From assembly GCA_964519305.1 (NCBI GenBank), contig CAZFHY010000009.1, positions 32,001 through 96,000 of the forward strand: a DNA stretch of 64,000 nucleotides. Direction: 5' to 3'. Origin of the DNA: Candidatus Undinarchaeota archaeon. GTDB lineage: Archaea > SpSt-1190 > JASMDC01. Below are positions 37,471 through 46,633 of this stretch, piece by piece (the stretch's first letter is position 1; each line of letters opens with the position of its first letter). Below the pieces are notes generated by a model. It was not told the origin of the DNA. It was given only the letters and a program-made list of their open reading frames with translations, and did not search any database. The translations under genes and the position numbers were made by a program.

Positions 37471-38358
37471 ATGAGTATGGCCCCAAACGCACAATGGAAA
37501 GGTTTGGTGTTATCCTTCCTGCTTCTCGCCCTGGTCTGTGCCCAGGACGCTGCGCTCGACTCCTACCACCTCTCAGTTGATGTGCTGGAGAGCGGGGAGG
37601 CCCACTGTACCCTCTCGCTCACGTACCGGCAGGAGGGTGACGAGCTCTCTGGAGGCTATCTGGTGTTGCCCGGGAAGGCAAGCTATGTCTCCGTCACAGA
37701 TAAAGAGGGTGCGCTCAAGTTCGGCTCGGCCGAGGTCGAGAACCTCACAGAAGTGAAGTTCTTGTTCCGCGACATCTTTCTCGATGGTGAGAGGTACACC
37801 GTCTCCGTGGAGTTCTGGACCTTCGACCTTACACGGAAGATGCTGGACGAGTGGGTGCTGGAGGTGGCGTATACCGACCCACCAGAGGTCGATAGCTATT
37901 CGCTATCGGTCACCCTTCCCGAGGGTGCCAAGTACATTCCCGGCGACGAGGTATGGTCTGCGGTGCAGGCCGAAGGGGGCCGTGTCATCCTCTCTACAGA
38001 GGGTGCAATGAGCGATACCATGGTCGCCTACTCCCTCACTTCCGACCGAAATACTGCTCTTCCCGACCTGTTCATGGGCCTGCTTGTATTCCTCGTGGGT
38101 GCGTTCGCAGGCTATCGCATGTTCCGGCAAGAGCCCCCTGCTGAACAGGAGCATGACATCACGCGCCTCTTGGATGACACCGAGAGGAAGGTCTACCAGC
38201 TTCTTTCCACTGACGGCCCGAGCCTGAGACAGTCCGACATCGTCGAGCGCACAGGATTACCAAAATCAACGGTATCTAGAACGCTGGATCGGCTCGAACG
38301 GAAGAAGATAGTGAAGAAGGAGCGCCATGGACGAGAATACAGGATAATACTTGCTTGA
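37471..38358 (+). CDS. Membrane-anchored winged-helix regulator with an extracellular domain
   Basis: Signal peptide, beta-rich domain, TM helix, then Q..I...TG.PKSTVSR.L..LE.K. Confidence 0.82.
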   Translation: MSMAPNAQWKGLVLSFLLLALVCAQDAALDSYHLSVDVLESGEAHCTLSLTYRQEGDELSGGYLVLPGKASYVSVTDKEGALKFGSAEVENLTEVKFLFRDIFLDGERYTVSVEFWTFDLTRKMLDEWVLEVAYTDPPEVDSYSLSVTLPEGAKYIPGDEVWSAVQAEGGRVILSTEGAMSDTMVAYSLTSDRNTALPDLFMGLLVFLVGAFAGYRMFRQEPPAEQEHDITRLLDDTERKVYQLLSTDGPSLRQSDIVERTGLPKSTVSRTLDRLERKKIVKKERHGREYRIILA

Positions 38359-38441
38359 TTCACCCCAGTTCCGCAGTTCCGCACGATATACGCCTTCGTT
38401 CCGCAGAAATTATTTATTTCGTTCCAGATATAGATGTAGTC

Positions 38442-39071
38442 ATGGTCAGTTCTGGAGAAAAGAAAGTAAGGGTCATCGGGGCGGTCCTCGTCGTCCTCAT
38501 CCTATCCCTTATCACCGTCGAGGCCTTCAGGGGTCGTGGCAAGCACAGCTTCATCAGACAGAAACCCGCGTGGAAGCACCGACCCGGCGACATGCTCGTG
38601 GCCTTCGACATCACCGCGGCCGATGATGGCTCGATCGGTGCGCTCAAGGTGAAGCTTGATGAAGAAGGGTTCGAGAGCATCGCGAAGAAGACCTTCGACA
38701 AGGGCGAGGGTCCCCGGGACTACCTGATCGTAAAGGGCCCCGTCGATAGCAGGGCGCTGCTCCCTGCCATCTCCGAGGCCACGGGATTCAAGGCAATCGG
38801 GCTCGGTTCGAAGAAGGATATCGGTTTCGCCCGTAAGGGGAAACGCGAGCGCTACGTCAAGCTCATGGTACCAAAAGAGAACATGGACGCCTTCGTTGAG
38901 GGCGCAACGGCCGCCAACGCGACCGCTACGGTCGAGGACGGGTACGTCCTCGTCGTCGTGAAGATGGGTGAAGGAGCGGACGGCGGTAAGCTCCGCGAGC
39001 TCATCGGAAGCCAGAACGGAATACCGCTCACTTCGGGCGAGCGATGCGCATCGAGGGCGCGGAAGAGGTGA
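38442..39071 (+). CDS. Hypothetical exported or membrane-anchored protein
   Basis: N-terminal TM helix; operonic with the downstream genes. Confidence 0.65.
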   Translation: MVSSGEKKVRVIGAVLVVLILSLITVEAFRGRGKHSFIRQKPAWKHRPGDMLVAFDITAADDGSIGALKVKLDEEGFESIAKKTFDKGEGPRDYLIVKGPVDSRALLPAISEATGFKAIGLGSKKDIGFARKGKRERYVKLMVPKENMDAFVEGATAANATATVEDGYVLVVVKMGEGADGGKLRELIGSQNGIPLTSGERCASRARKR

Positions 39072-39076
39072 TTACC

Positions 39077-41269
39077 ATGGTAGAAAGGCAGCGTTTGGTC
39101 AATCAATTGATAGTAGCGCTCTTGGCGCTCTGTACAATTCTCACCATGGTCACCGCCCCCGCCCTGTCCGACACGGTGACGCGATACCAGATCCTCGCCT
39201 CCGACATCGAGGTGGGTGATCCGGTGTTCAGCACCTATCCCACGGCCGGTACATGCTTCCTGATGAAGGTGCCCGCCACAAACAACGGCAACACCGAGGC
39301 CGATGAGATCGTTTTCAACCTGACCGTTGAAGAACCGTTCAGCTTCGACGGTGATAGTGGCGTCAAGACCATCAGCCGCCTTGGGTCCGGTGTGTGGGGA
39401 TGGGTGGATTACAACCTCTGCGTCGACTCGGTAGCGCCTGAGGGCGAGTACGCTCTGGACATAACCCACACCTATGAGGAGCTTGGATCGGACTCCTACG
39501 TGCTCGGGAACATCACGCTCCCCGTGGGTGGGGTCCCACGCTTCGATCTCACGGTGGAGCCCACCACCGCTGACCTCAAGCTCGAGACCATGACATTCAC
39601 CCTGGAGAACATCGGGACGGGTATAGCAAAGGACATCGAGCTCTTACTGGCCACCGATGGGACACCGCTGGTGCTAGAGGGGATGAACATCATCAACATC
39701 AAGTCCATCGAGGCGGGGGCGTCCCAGGCCTTCGAGTTCAAGGTACAGGTCACCGAGCTCACCCCCTTCAACCTACCGGTCACCATCACCTACTCCTCCA
39801 GCCTCGGCGAGACCACGACCCAGTCCATCAAGGTGGGCATCTCGGCCCGTCAGAAGATCAGCACCGAGGGCCTGGAGATCGCGGAGGTCGCCATCGAGCC
39901 GGAGTTCGTGTTCCCGGGCCAGCGCTTCACGGTCAAGTTCAGCGTGGAGAACGTGGGGCTATACGACGCCCGGCTGGTCAAGGTGGTCATGGGCAAGGTG
40001 GAGACCAATGACATCGTCACCGAAGTGTTCGTCCCTTCGGGGCAGGGGAACACCGTCCACCTGGGCACCATCCCTCCCGAGGGCTCGAAGAACGTTACCT
40101 TCACCATGCTCACCAGCGGTAACGCCAACTCGGGCTCCTACTCGGTCCCGATAACGCTGCTGTTCGTTGACTTCGAGGACAACGACCGGGAGATCGACCG
40201 GAACATCGGTGTGGCGGTGCGCTCCAAGTCCACCCTTACGCCGACCGAGGTGACCACCGTGCCTGCCACCGTGACCGCGGGCTCCAGCTTCACACTCACC
40301 CTGGGAGTGTCCAACGGCGGCCCGGCCAAGGCCACATCGCTCAAGGTGCGGTTCCGCAAGAATGACAACTTCCAGCCAGTGGGGAAGGATACGGTGTTCA
40401 TCGGTACGCTGGACGTGGACCTTGCAGACTCTGCGGAGTTCGCAGTTATGGTCAGCCCGAAGGCCTCCGGTTCTGTCAGGCTTCCCGTCTTCTTCGAGTA
40501 CGTTGACGACTACGGTAACACCATCCGGGAGATCGTGGAAGCTTCCATCACGGTCCAGGGTATCTCCCCCGAGGACCTTGCGGCGATGGGTGACAAGGGC
40601 GCAGGAAAGCGCACTACGATCAACAACGGGGCCGCGGCGGGCATCAGCATCATCTCGCCGGAGAAGAACGCTCTTGTGACAACGAAGCCGGTGAACATGG
40701 CCCTGGGGGCAGTAGGTCTCCTCGTCGTTGTTTACATACTTGGGAAGCTCATCGAGCCCAAGCGCTCCGAGAAGCACAGTGCGCTCATGCGCACCTTCAG
40801 CACTCTGGTGGCCAACCGTATGGCGCTCGCAGTGGTTGTGCTCATCGCTGGCGGTATCTGGCTTTATGGTGAGCGCGCCACGCTCCAAGAAGAGGTCACT
40901 ATCTCCCAGCTGATTTCCGCCAACGCCGAGGTGAAAAAGCAGCTCTCCAAGGTCCCCGACATCACTTCCTGGCGCATCATGGCCATGGAGAAGGGGAGCC
41001 TCGACCAGAAGGTGGATGCGGGCAAGCTGCAGTTCATCACGACCTACGTGGTGACCCTCGAACCGGACATGGCGTCGGACAAGCGCGTGAAGGCCGAGGT
41101 CGACACCCGCATGGGCTCAGTGACCTCAATGGACCTGTGCACGGTCGCAGGTGGCAAGGAGGACTGCAAGATCCTCTACGAGGCCAAGGACGAGGAGACC
41201 GACATGATGAAGAAGCTAGCCCAGGCCTACGGCAAGGGTGGCGGCAGGATGAGAGTTCCCCGAAAGTGA
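39077..41269 (+). CDS. COG1361-type S-layer-domain protein
   Basis: Signal peptide, repeated N.G...A Ig-like domains and two C-terminal TM helices. Confidence 0.82.
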   Translation: MVERQRLVNQLIVALLALCTILTMVTAPALSDTVTRYQILASDIEVGDPVFSTYPTAGTCFLMKVPATNNGNTEADEIVFNLTVEEPFSFDGDSGVKTISRLGSGVWGWVDYNLCVDSVAPEGEYALDITHTYEELGSDSYVLGNITLPVGGVPRFDLTVEPTTADLKLETMTFTLENIGTGIAKDIELLLATDGTPLVLEGMNIINIKSIEAGASQAFEFKVQVTELTPFNLPVTITYSSSLGETTTQSIKVGISARQKISTEGLEIAEVAIEPEFVFPGQRFTVKFSVENVGLYDARLVKVVMGKVETNDIVTEVFVPSGQGNTVHLGTIPPEGSKNVTFTMLTSGNANSGSYSVPITLLFVDFEDNDREIDRNIGVAVRSKSTLTPTEVTTVPATVTAGSSFTLTLGVSNGGPAKATSLKVRFRKNDNFQPVGKDTVFIGTLDVDLADSAEFAVMVSPKASGSVRLPVFFEYVDDYGNTIREIVEASITVQGISPEDLAAMGDKGAGKRTTINNGAAAGISIISPEKNALVTTKPVNMALGAVGLLVVVYILGKLIEPKRSEKHSALMRTFSTLVANRMALAVVVLIAGGIWLYGERATLQEEVTISQLISANAEVKKQLSKVPDITSWRIMAMEKGSLDQKVDAGKLQFITTYVVTLEPDMASDKRVKAEVDTRMGSVTSMDLCTVAGGKEDCKILYEAKDEETDMMKKLAQAYGKGGGRMRVPRK

Positions 41270-41279
41270 GGGTGCCGCC

Positions 41280-42536
41280 GTGCTATACGCTGCCTACTAC
41301 GCTGTCCGGTACATCTGGAGCCGCAAGCTCCGCAGCCTCCTGACCGTGCTTGGTATCGCTGTAGGCGTTGCTGCTATCGTGTCGCTCCTAGGCATCTCCG
41401 CAGGGATGGAGGCCCAGGTGCTATCCTGGGTGGACACTCTTGGCATCAACAACATGGGTGTCTATCCCGCCGGTGGTGAGGACGACTATCCTGACGAGGA
41501 CGACCTCGAGTACATCCTCCAGATGGAGCACGTGGACACCGCAGCCCTGTTCTACACCACAAACGGCCAGGTGCCTCCCCACGTGCGCAAGCGGGCCGAG
41601 CGCCTGTCGAAGGAAGTCCGAGGCATCGAGCCTACGGGGTCCGTGACCTTGGTGGGGACGGACCTTGCAGCCCTCCAGCGTATCCTGTCCATAGACATGC
41701 AGGACGGTGACTTTCCCACGACGCGGCAAGGCACCGCCATCGGGGCACGGGTCGCCCGGGGCCTGGTCTCGTCCGCCAACGAGCTCGAAGGAGTGGGCGG
41801 AAGGCTCCAACTCTTCCGCCTCGGCGCAGGCCAGGGCTCCAAGGGGAAGGCCGCCACCCTGGTCATCGATGGCGTCCTCACGGAGATGGGGAGGAGCTTC
41901 GTAGAGGTCGACTCCTCGGCCATCGTGTCGGTGGAGACATTCAAGAAGGTCACAGGGAACCTCAATCCCACGGCAGGCTACCTTGTGGTCCGGGTGGACA
42001 GCTATGAGAACGTAGACCTGGTGGAGTCGTCCCTGCAGTCCTACTTCACCTCGCGGGACAAGCAGGTGGACGTCAAGAGCTCCAAATCCGTCGTTGACTC
42101 CCAGCAGCAGGAGATGTACACCATGCAGATCTTCTTCGGCAGCATCGGGGCCATCGCCCTGGTGGCCGGGTGCATCGGCGCTATCAACACCGTGCTCACC
42201 TCGGTCCTTGAGCGCACCCGGGAGATCGGGATGATGAAGGCCGTTGGGGCGTCATACAATTACGTGCTCATGCTCTTCATTTTAGAGTCGGCGGTGCTGG
42301 GTGTTCTCGGAGGCATCGTCGGCAATATCATCGCCATCGGGATCTCCAGCGCCCTTTCAGGCGTCCTGGGGGGCGGCTCCAGCGGTATGCTCCGGCGTCT
42401 TGGCTCCGGTGCCGTGCTCTCCAATGAGCTCATGGTGTTCGGATTCCTCGTGGGGCTGGGCGCCTCCCTGCTCGCCGGATACTACCCTGCCAAGCAGGCT
42501 GCCAAGATGGACCCCATAACGGCACTGAGGTACTGA
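41280..42536 (+). CDS. ABC transporter permease (MacB/FtsX type)
   Basis: KLRS.LT.LGI.VG, ERTREIG.MKAVGA and YPA..AA.MDPI.ALRY. Confidence 0.94.
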   Translation: MLYAAYYAVRYIWSRKLRSLLTVLGIAVGVAAIVSLLGISAGMEAQVLSWVDTLGINNMGVYPAGGEDDYPDEDDLEYILQMEHVDTAALFYTTNGQVPPHVRKRAERLSKEVRGIEPTGSVTLVGTDLAALQRILSIDMQDGDFPTTRQGTAIGARVARGLVSSANELEGVGGRLQLFRLGAGQGSKGKAATLVIDGVLTEMGRSFVEVDSSAIVSVETFKKVTGNLNPTAGYLVVRVDSYENVDLVESSLQSYFTSRDKQVDVKSSKSVVDSQQQEMYTMQIFFGSIGAIALVAGCIGAINTVLTSVLERTREIGMMKAVGASYNYVLMLFILESAVLGVLGGIVGNIIAIGISSALSGVLGGGSSGMLRRLGSGAVLSNELMVFGFLVGLGASLLAGYYPAKQAAKMDPITALRY

Positions 42537-42538
42537 CC

Positions 42539-43354
42539 ATGACCCTCATCGAGACCCATGCGCTGAAGAAGGAGTACCTCATGGGCAAGGTCATCGTCAA
42601 CGCTCTGCGGGGAGTGGACGTAAAGATCGGTAAGGGGGAGTTCGTGGCCCTCGTCGGTCCGTCCGGCTCGGGGAAGAGCACCCTCATGCACCTCATCGGC
42701 GGCCTCGACTACCCCACAGAGGGCACGGTATCCGTTGAGGGTGAGGACCTCTACAAGATGACCGAGGGGGAGCTCGCTCACTTCCGGGGCATGAAAGTGG
42801 GATTCGTGTTCCAGTCCTTCAACCTCTTCAACCTCCTCTCGGCCAGGGAGAACGTGTATTTCCCCATGCAGTTCTCCGACATACCGTTCAACCAGTGGGG
42901 AGTGCGTGCCGACGAGCTGCTGGAGCTGGTGAAGCTCGGTGACTGGAAGCACCACAAGCCCACAGAGATGTCCGGCGGCCAGCAGCAGCGGGTGGCCATC
43001 GCCCGGGCGCTCGCTAACCACCCGGACATCCTGCTCGCCGACGAGCCCACAGGGGAGCTGGATACCACGACGTCGCTTGAGATAATGGCGCTATTCGACC
43101 GCATCCGGAAGGAACAGGGCACGACCGTCATCATAGTGACCCACGACACGGAGATGGCCGCCCTTGCTGACCGGCAGATCAAGCTCATTGATGGCCATGT
43201 CGTGTCGGACATACGGAACCACAAGCCTGAAGTGAAAGCAAAAGGCAAGCAGTCGAAGAAGATCCCTAAGAAGAAGAAGAAGAAGACCGCTCCCAAGAAG
43301 AAAGTGACTGGAAAGAAAGGGACCGGTAAGAAGAAGACCAAGAAACCTGCTTGA
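42539..43354 (+). CDS. ABC transporter ATP-binding protein (LolD/MacB type)
   Basis: [24 protein letters not shown]; Lys-rich tail. Confidence 0.95.
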   Translation: MTLIETHALKKEYLMGKVIVNALRGVDVKIGKGEFVALVGPSGSGKSTLMHLIGGLDYPTEGTVSVEGEDLYKMTEGELAHFRGMKVGFVFQSFNLFNLLSARENVYFPMQFSDIPFNQWGVRADELLELVKLGDWKHHKPTEMSGGQQQRVAIARALANHPDILLADEPTGELDTTTSLEIMALFDRIRKEQGTTVIIVTHDTEMAALADRQIKLIDGHVVSDIRNHKPEVKAKGKQSKKIPKKKKKKTAPKKKVTGKKGTGKKKTKKPA

Positions 43355-43363
43355 ATAACGGGC

Positions 43364-43780
43364 TCACGACTGCATGAGCGCCCGCTCCACACTGTCCCGC
43401 AGTTCCCACTCGGTATCGTACTCCCATACCTTGAGATTGGGGTGAGCGTTCCCTGCCACCAGTGCCGAGAGCCGGGTGCCCTTCTGGCAGAAGCAGTGGA
43501 CTGGCTTCCCCCACTCCAGGGCCAGCCCGATCTCCATCCCAACGCCCAGGCTCGGACGTGACACCTCGGCGATGAGCATCTCGCTCGTCCTCAGCCACTT
43601 CATGTCCCGGTCGAATATCTCCCGTTGCGTGAGGGCGGCCTCCCGCTCCATCACATCAGGTGCTACGACATGCTCGGTGAGCACCGTGTGCCCGAGGTCC
43701 CTGATGGCATCGGCCATGGCGCGGGCGTTCCCGATAGCAGCGCGGTCACCGGCGATGGGGGCGGCGAGATAGACGTCCAT
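43364..43780 (-). CDS. Nucleoside 2-deoxyribosyltransferase / DNPH1 (Rcl)-like N-glycosidase
   Basis: VY.A..I.G, VLTEH, IF.RD..W, AEVS.PSLGVG.E.G.A and LSA...G. Confidence 0.9.
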   Translation of the reverse strand: MDVYLAAPIAGDRAAIGNARAMADAIRDLGHTVLTEHVVAPDVMEREAALTQREIFDRDMKWLRTSEMLIAEVSRPSLGVGMEIGLALEWGKPVHCFCQKGTRLSALVAGNAHPNLKVWEYDTEWELRDSVERALMQS

Positions 43781-43831
43781 GGGAGGCGATAATGGGACGC
43801 AGCCTTTTATTTCTTGGTCGGGAGGTGAACA

Positions 43832-44611
43832 ATGGTGGACATGGTGCCCCTGCCCCGTCGCATCCTTCTTGCCTGTGACCTGGACGACACGGTCGCAGGC
43901 GATACAGAGGGTGAGCGCCGGTTCACAACTGCCGTGAAGCTGGCACGTGACGCAGGCGTGCTTGTCCTTGCTTACGTCACCGGAAGATACCTTGCATCGG
44001 GCCAGCGACTGGTCGCCCAGCTCGGTCTTCCGGAACCGGACTGGTGGGGATGCGACTCGGGAGCTTCGTTGTATCAGGTAGTGGATGGGGAAGCTATTGA
44101 ACTGACCGGAGAGCTTTCTCAGGGACAATGGGACGCTGAACAAGTACGCTCACGTCTGTCCGGGCACCCCGCGCTCGTCCCGCAGGACTTCGACAACGTC
44201 CGTCGTGTGAGCTATATCGTGACGAACGTGGAGCCACAATCTGTTGTCCAGGAAGTGAGAGGAGCGCTGGTAGGACTAGATGTCAGCGTCGCGCTCATCA
44301 AGGGCAACGGTCTGGACGTGCTCCCCGTAGGATGTGACAAGGGCGTGGCCGTAGCGTTCATAGCAGAGCACGAGGGTATCCCTGCAGGTAACGTCCTGGT
44401 GGTGGGTGACAGCGAGAACGATGTCCCCATGCTCACGGGAGGATTCGGCCGGGCCGTTATAGTGGGGAACGCGGAGCCACATGTTAAAGAGGCGTTAAAG
44501 AATGAGGGCGTCATTGTAGAATCGGCCACCCATGGGACTGCCGTGGCCGATGCTCTCGAATCGTTCATCTCAGAACGTGGATTTGCCCCTTCACCTACGA
44601 AAAGTTATTAA
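43832..44611 (+). CDS. HAD-IIB hydrolase, sucrose-phosphate phosphatase-like
   Basis: DLDDT, YVTGR, L..PD, LDVLP...KG.A and GDSEND. Confidence 0.85.
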   Translation: MVDMVPLPRRILLACDLDDTVAGDTEGERRFTTAVKLARDAGVLVLAYVTGRYLASGQRLVAQLGLPEPDWWGCDSGASLYQVVDGEAIELTGELSQGQWDAEQVRSRLSGHPALVPQDFDNVRRVSYIVTNVEPQSVVQEVRGALVGLDVSVALIKGNGLDVLPVGCDKGVAVAFIAEHEGIPAGNVLVVGDSENDVPMLTGGFGRAVIVGNAEPHVKEALKNEGVIVESATHGTAVADALESFISERGFAPSPTKSY

Positions 44612-44648
44612 GCGACGACCCTCGCCCATTCTTACCTGACGGGGTAAC

Positions 44649-45677
44649 TTGGACGTGTTGTCCGAACATCTTACTTTAGATGGGGAGAAGGATTCCCCCT
44701 CGCCCCAGGGCTGGGCACCCGAGGACAAGTACCTCTGGGACTTCTGGACCGTCGAGAAGGATGGCCAGCACCACATGTTCTACCTCCAGGCACCCCGTGA
44801 CATCTCCGATCCCGAGATGCGCCACGGGATGGCGACTGTGGGGCATGCCGTCTCCGACGACCTCGTCAACTGGGAGGAGATCGGTACTGCTTTGGGACCG
44901 GGACCGAAGGGCTCGTGGGACGACACCAGTATCTGGACCGGCTCCGTCATCGAGAAGGACGGGCGCTACTTCATGTTCTACACGTCCCGCTCCTCCGAGG
45001 ATGACGGCCTGATCCAGCGCGTGGGTCTGGCGACCTCGGACGACCTCGTCAACTGGGAGAAGCAGCCCGGACCCGTCATGGAGGCCGACGCCAGGTGGTA
45101 CGAGAAGCTCGGCGATCCCGGTGCGACAACCGAGTCATGGCGCGATCCGCAAGTGGTGTACGACCCGTCAGATGGTTTCTACCACGCCTACGTGTGCGCC
45201 CGTACCAACGAGGGACCGCTCGATAGCAGAGGATGCATCGCCCATGCCCGCTCCAAGGACCTCTATGACTGGGAGGTGATGGCGCCCATCAGCGCCCCCG
45301 GGCACTTCTCGCAGATGGAGGTGCCCGTAATGCACAAGCACGGGGACAAGTACCACCTATTCTTCGCCACAGACGAACGGTCGTACTCTTCGACGCACGA
45401 GAACGAGATAGAGGGCGCTCCGCAGACAGGAGTGTTCATGTACGTGTCCGACCGGCCAGACGGCGGGTTCCGACCTGCTGGCAACGAGGTGGTCATGGGC
45501 AGCGATACCAACGCCTACACATGTCGGATCGTGCAGGGTGAGGACGGTCGCGACCGGCTGCTCACCTGGCTCTTCGAGGCCGAGGGCAGGGACGGGTTCG
45601 CGGGCGTCATCGACACGCCGTACATCGTCAGCTACAACGACGATGGTTCCATCGAACTGGAGCGCGAGGTCTACTAG
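44649..45677 (+). CDS. Glycoside hydrolase clan J (GH32/GH68) beta-fructosidase-like
   Basis: WDFW nucleophile region, WTGS, WRDP and QMEVP; no signal peptide. Confidence 0.88.
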   Translation: MDVLSEHLTLDGEKDSPSPQGWAPEDKYLWDFWTVEKDGQHHMFYLQAPRDISDPEMRHGMATVGHAVSDDLVNWEEIGTALGPGPKGSWDDTSIWTGSVIEKDGRYFMFYTSRSSEDDGLIQRVGLATSDDLVNWEKQPGPVMEADARWYEKLGDPGATTESWRDPQVVYDPSDGFYHAYVCARTNEGPLDSRGCIAHARSKDLYDWEVMAPISAPGHFSQMEVPVMHKHGDKYHLFFATDERSYSSTHENEIEGAPQTGVFMYVSDRPDGGFRPAGNEVVMGSDTNAYTCRIVQGEDGRDRLLTWLFEAEGRDGFAGVIDTPYIVSYNDDGSIELEREVY

Positions 45678-45734
45678 CCCGCTCGTCCAAAAGGTAGTTA
45701 AATCGATATACCTCCTAGTCTGAGGAGGATCATC

Positions 45735-46442
45735 ATGGAGAGAGCGTCACATGCAAAGAGGACGGGACCCATCATCGCCGTCCTTGCGACCATAATCCTT
45801 CTGTCCTTCATCCCGCTTGCGTTCGATACCTACTCCGTAACGAGGGAGAAGGGAGAGGTCGGTGCTTTCAAGGAGGGTGTCCAGTTCGGGTACGAGATGG
45901 CCACCGAGATGCTGGCTCGCGAAGTGGGTTCTTGCCAGCCTATAGAGCTGTCGCTGGGAGACAAGATCGTGAACGTGACCGCCGTCGACTGTATCCGTGA
46001 GCGGGATGTCCAGGCGGGAGCACGCGTAGGGCATGACCAGGCGCTCATTCAGCTCATAAACCAGGCCGCGTCGTGCGAACCGGTCGCCGTCCATATGCAG
46101 GACCAGACCATCAACCTCACCATGGTCGAGTGCGTCCAGAACCGTGAGCTGCAGTTGGGTGCTCAGTACGGGTACGAGCGCGCCCTCACGCAGGTCGTCG
46201 CGCAGGCAGTTACGTGCGAGCCCGTCCCTATCCAGCTACAGAACCAGACGGTCAATGTGACGGCGTCAGGTTGCGTGCAGCAGAAGGACGTCCAGGCCGG
46301 CGTCCAGTACGGCTACGAGATGGCGGTGACACAGCTGATGACCGAAGCACAGAAGTGCCAGCCGGTCACAGCAAAGGTGCACAATAGGACGATCGACCTG
46401 ATAGCCGTTGAATGCCTACAACCAATGAACGTGACCACCTGA
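45735..46442 (+). CDS. Membrane-anchored protein with four tandem ~43-aa two-Cys repeats
   Basis: Unit G.Q.GYE.A...L...A..C(Q/E)P......T.N.TAV.C repeated four times. Confidence 0.8.
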   Translation: MERASHAKRTGPIIAVLATIILLSFIPLAFDTYSVTREKGEVGAFKEGVQFGYEMATEMLAREVGSCQPIELSLGDKIVNVTAVDCIRERDVQAGARVGHDQALIQLINQAASCEPVAVHMQDQTINLTMVECVQNRELQLGAQYGYERALTQVVAQAVTCEPVPIQLQNQTVNVTASGCVQQKDVQAGVQYGYEMAVTQLMTEAQKCQPVTAKVHNRTIDLIAVECLQPMNVTT

Positions 46443-46529
46443 TACGTGATCAGTGATCCACACAAGTACTCCTTTCAGTAGTCACGAAAACATATCATCA
46501 CCGGGGACCATCATTACTGATGGCCCCCT

Positions 46530-46594
46530 GGCGATGATGAGAGCCTTATGATGGTAGGGGAGCTATCTCCGATGACCGACCAGGGTACTGAGCC
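46530..46594 (+). ncRNA. Candidate box C/D sRNA
   Basis: GGC/GCC terminal stem, box C ATGATGA (46534-40), box D CTGA (46588-91), degenerate D'/C' (ATGA, CCGATGA); intergenic. Confidence 0.6.
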
Positions 46595-46633
46595 TGTGGG
46601 GCCACCAACCTTTTCAACCTTTCCCCGCGCGCC

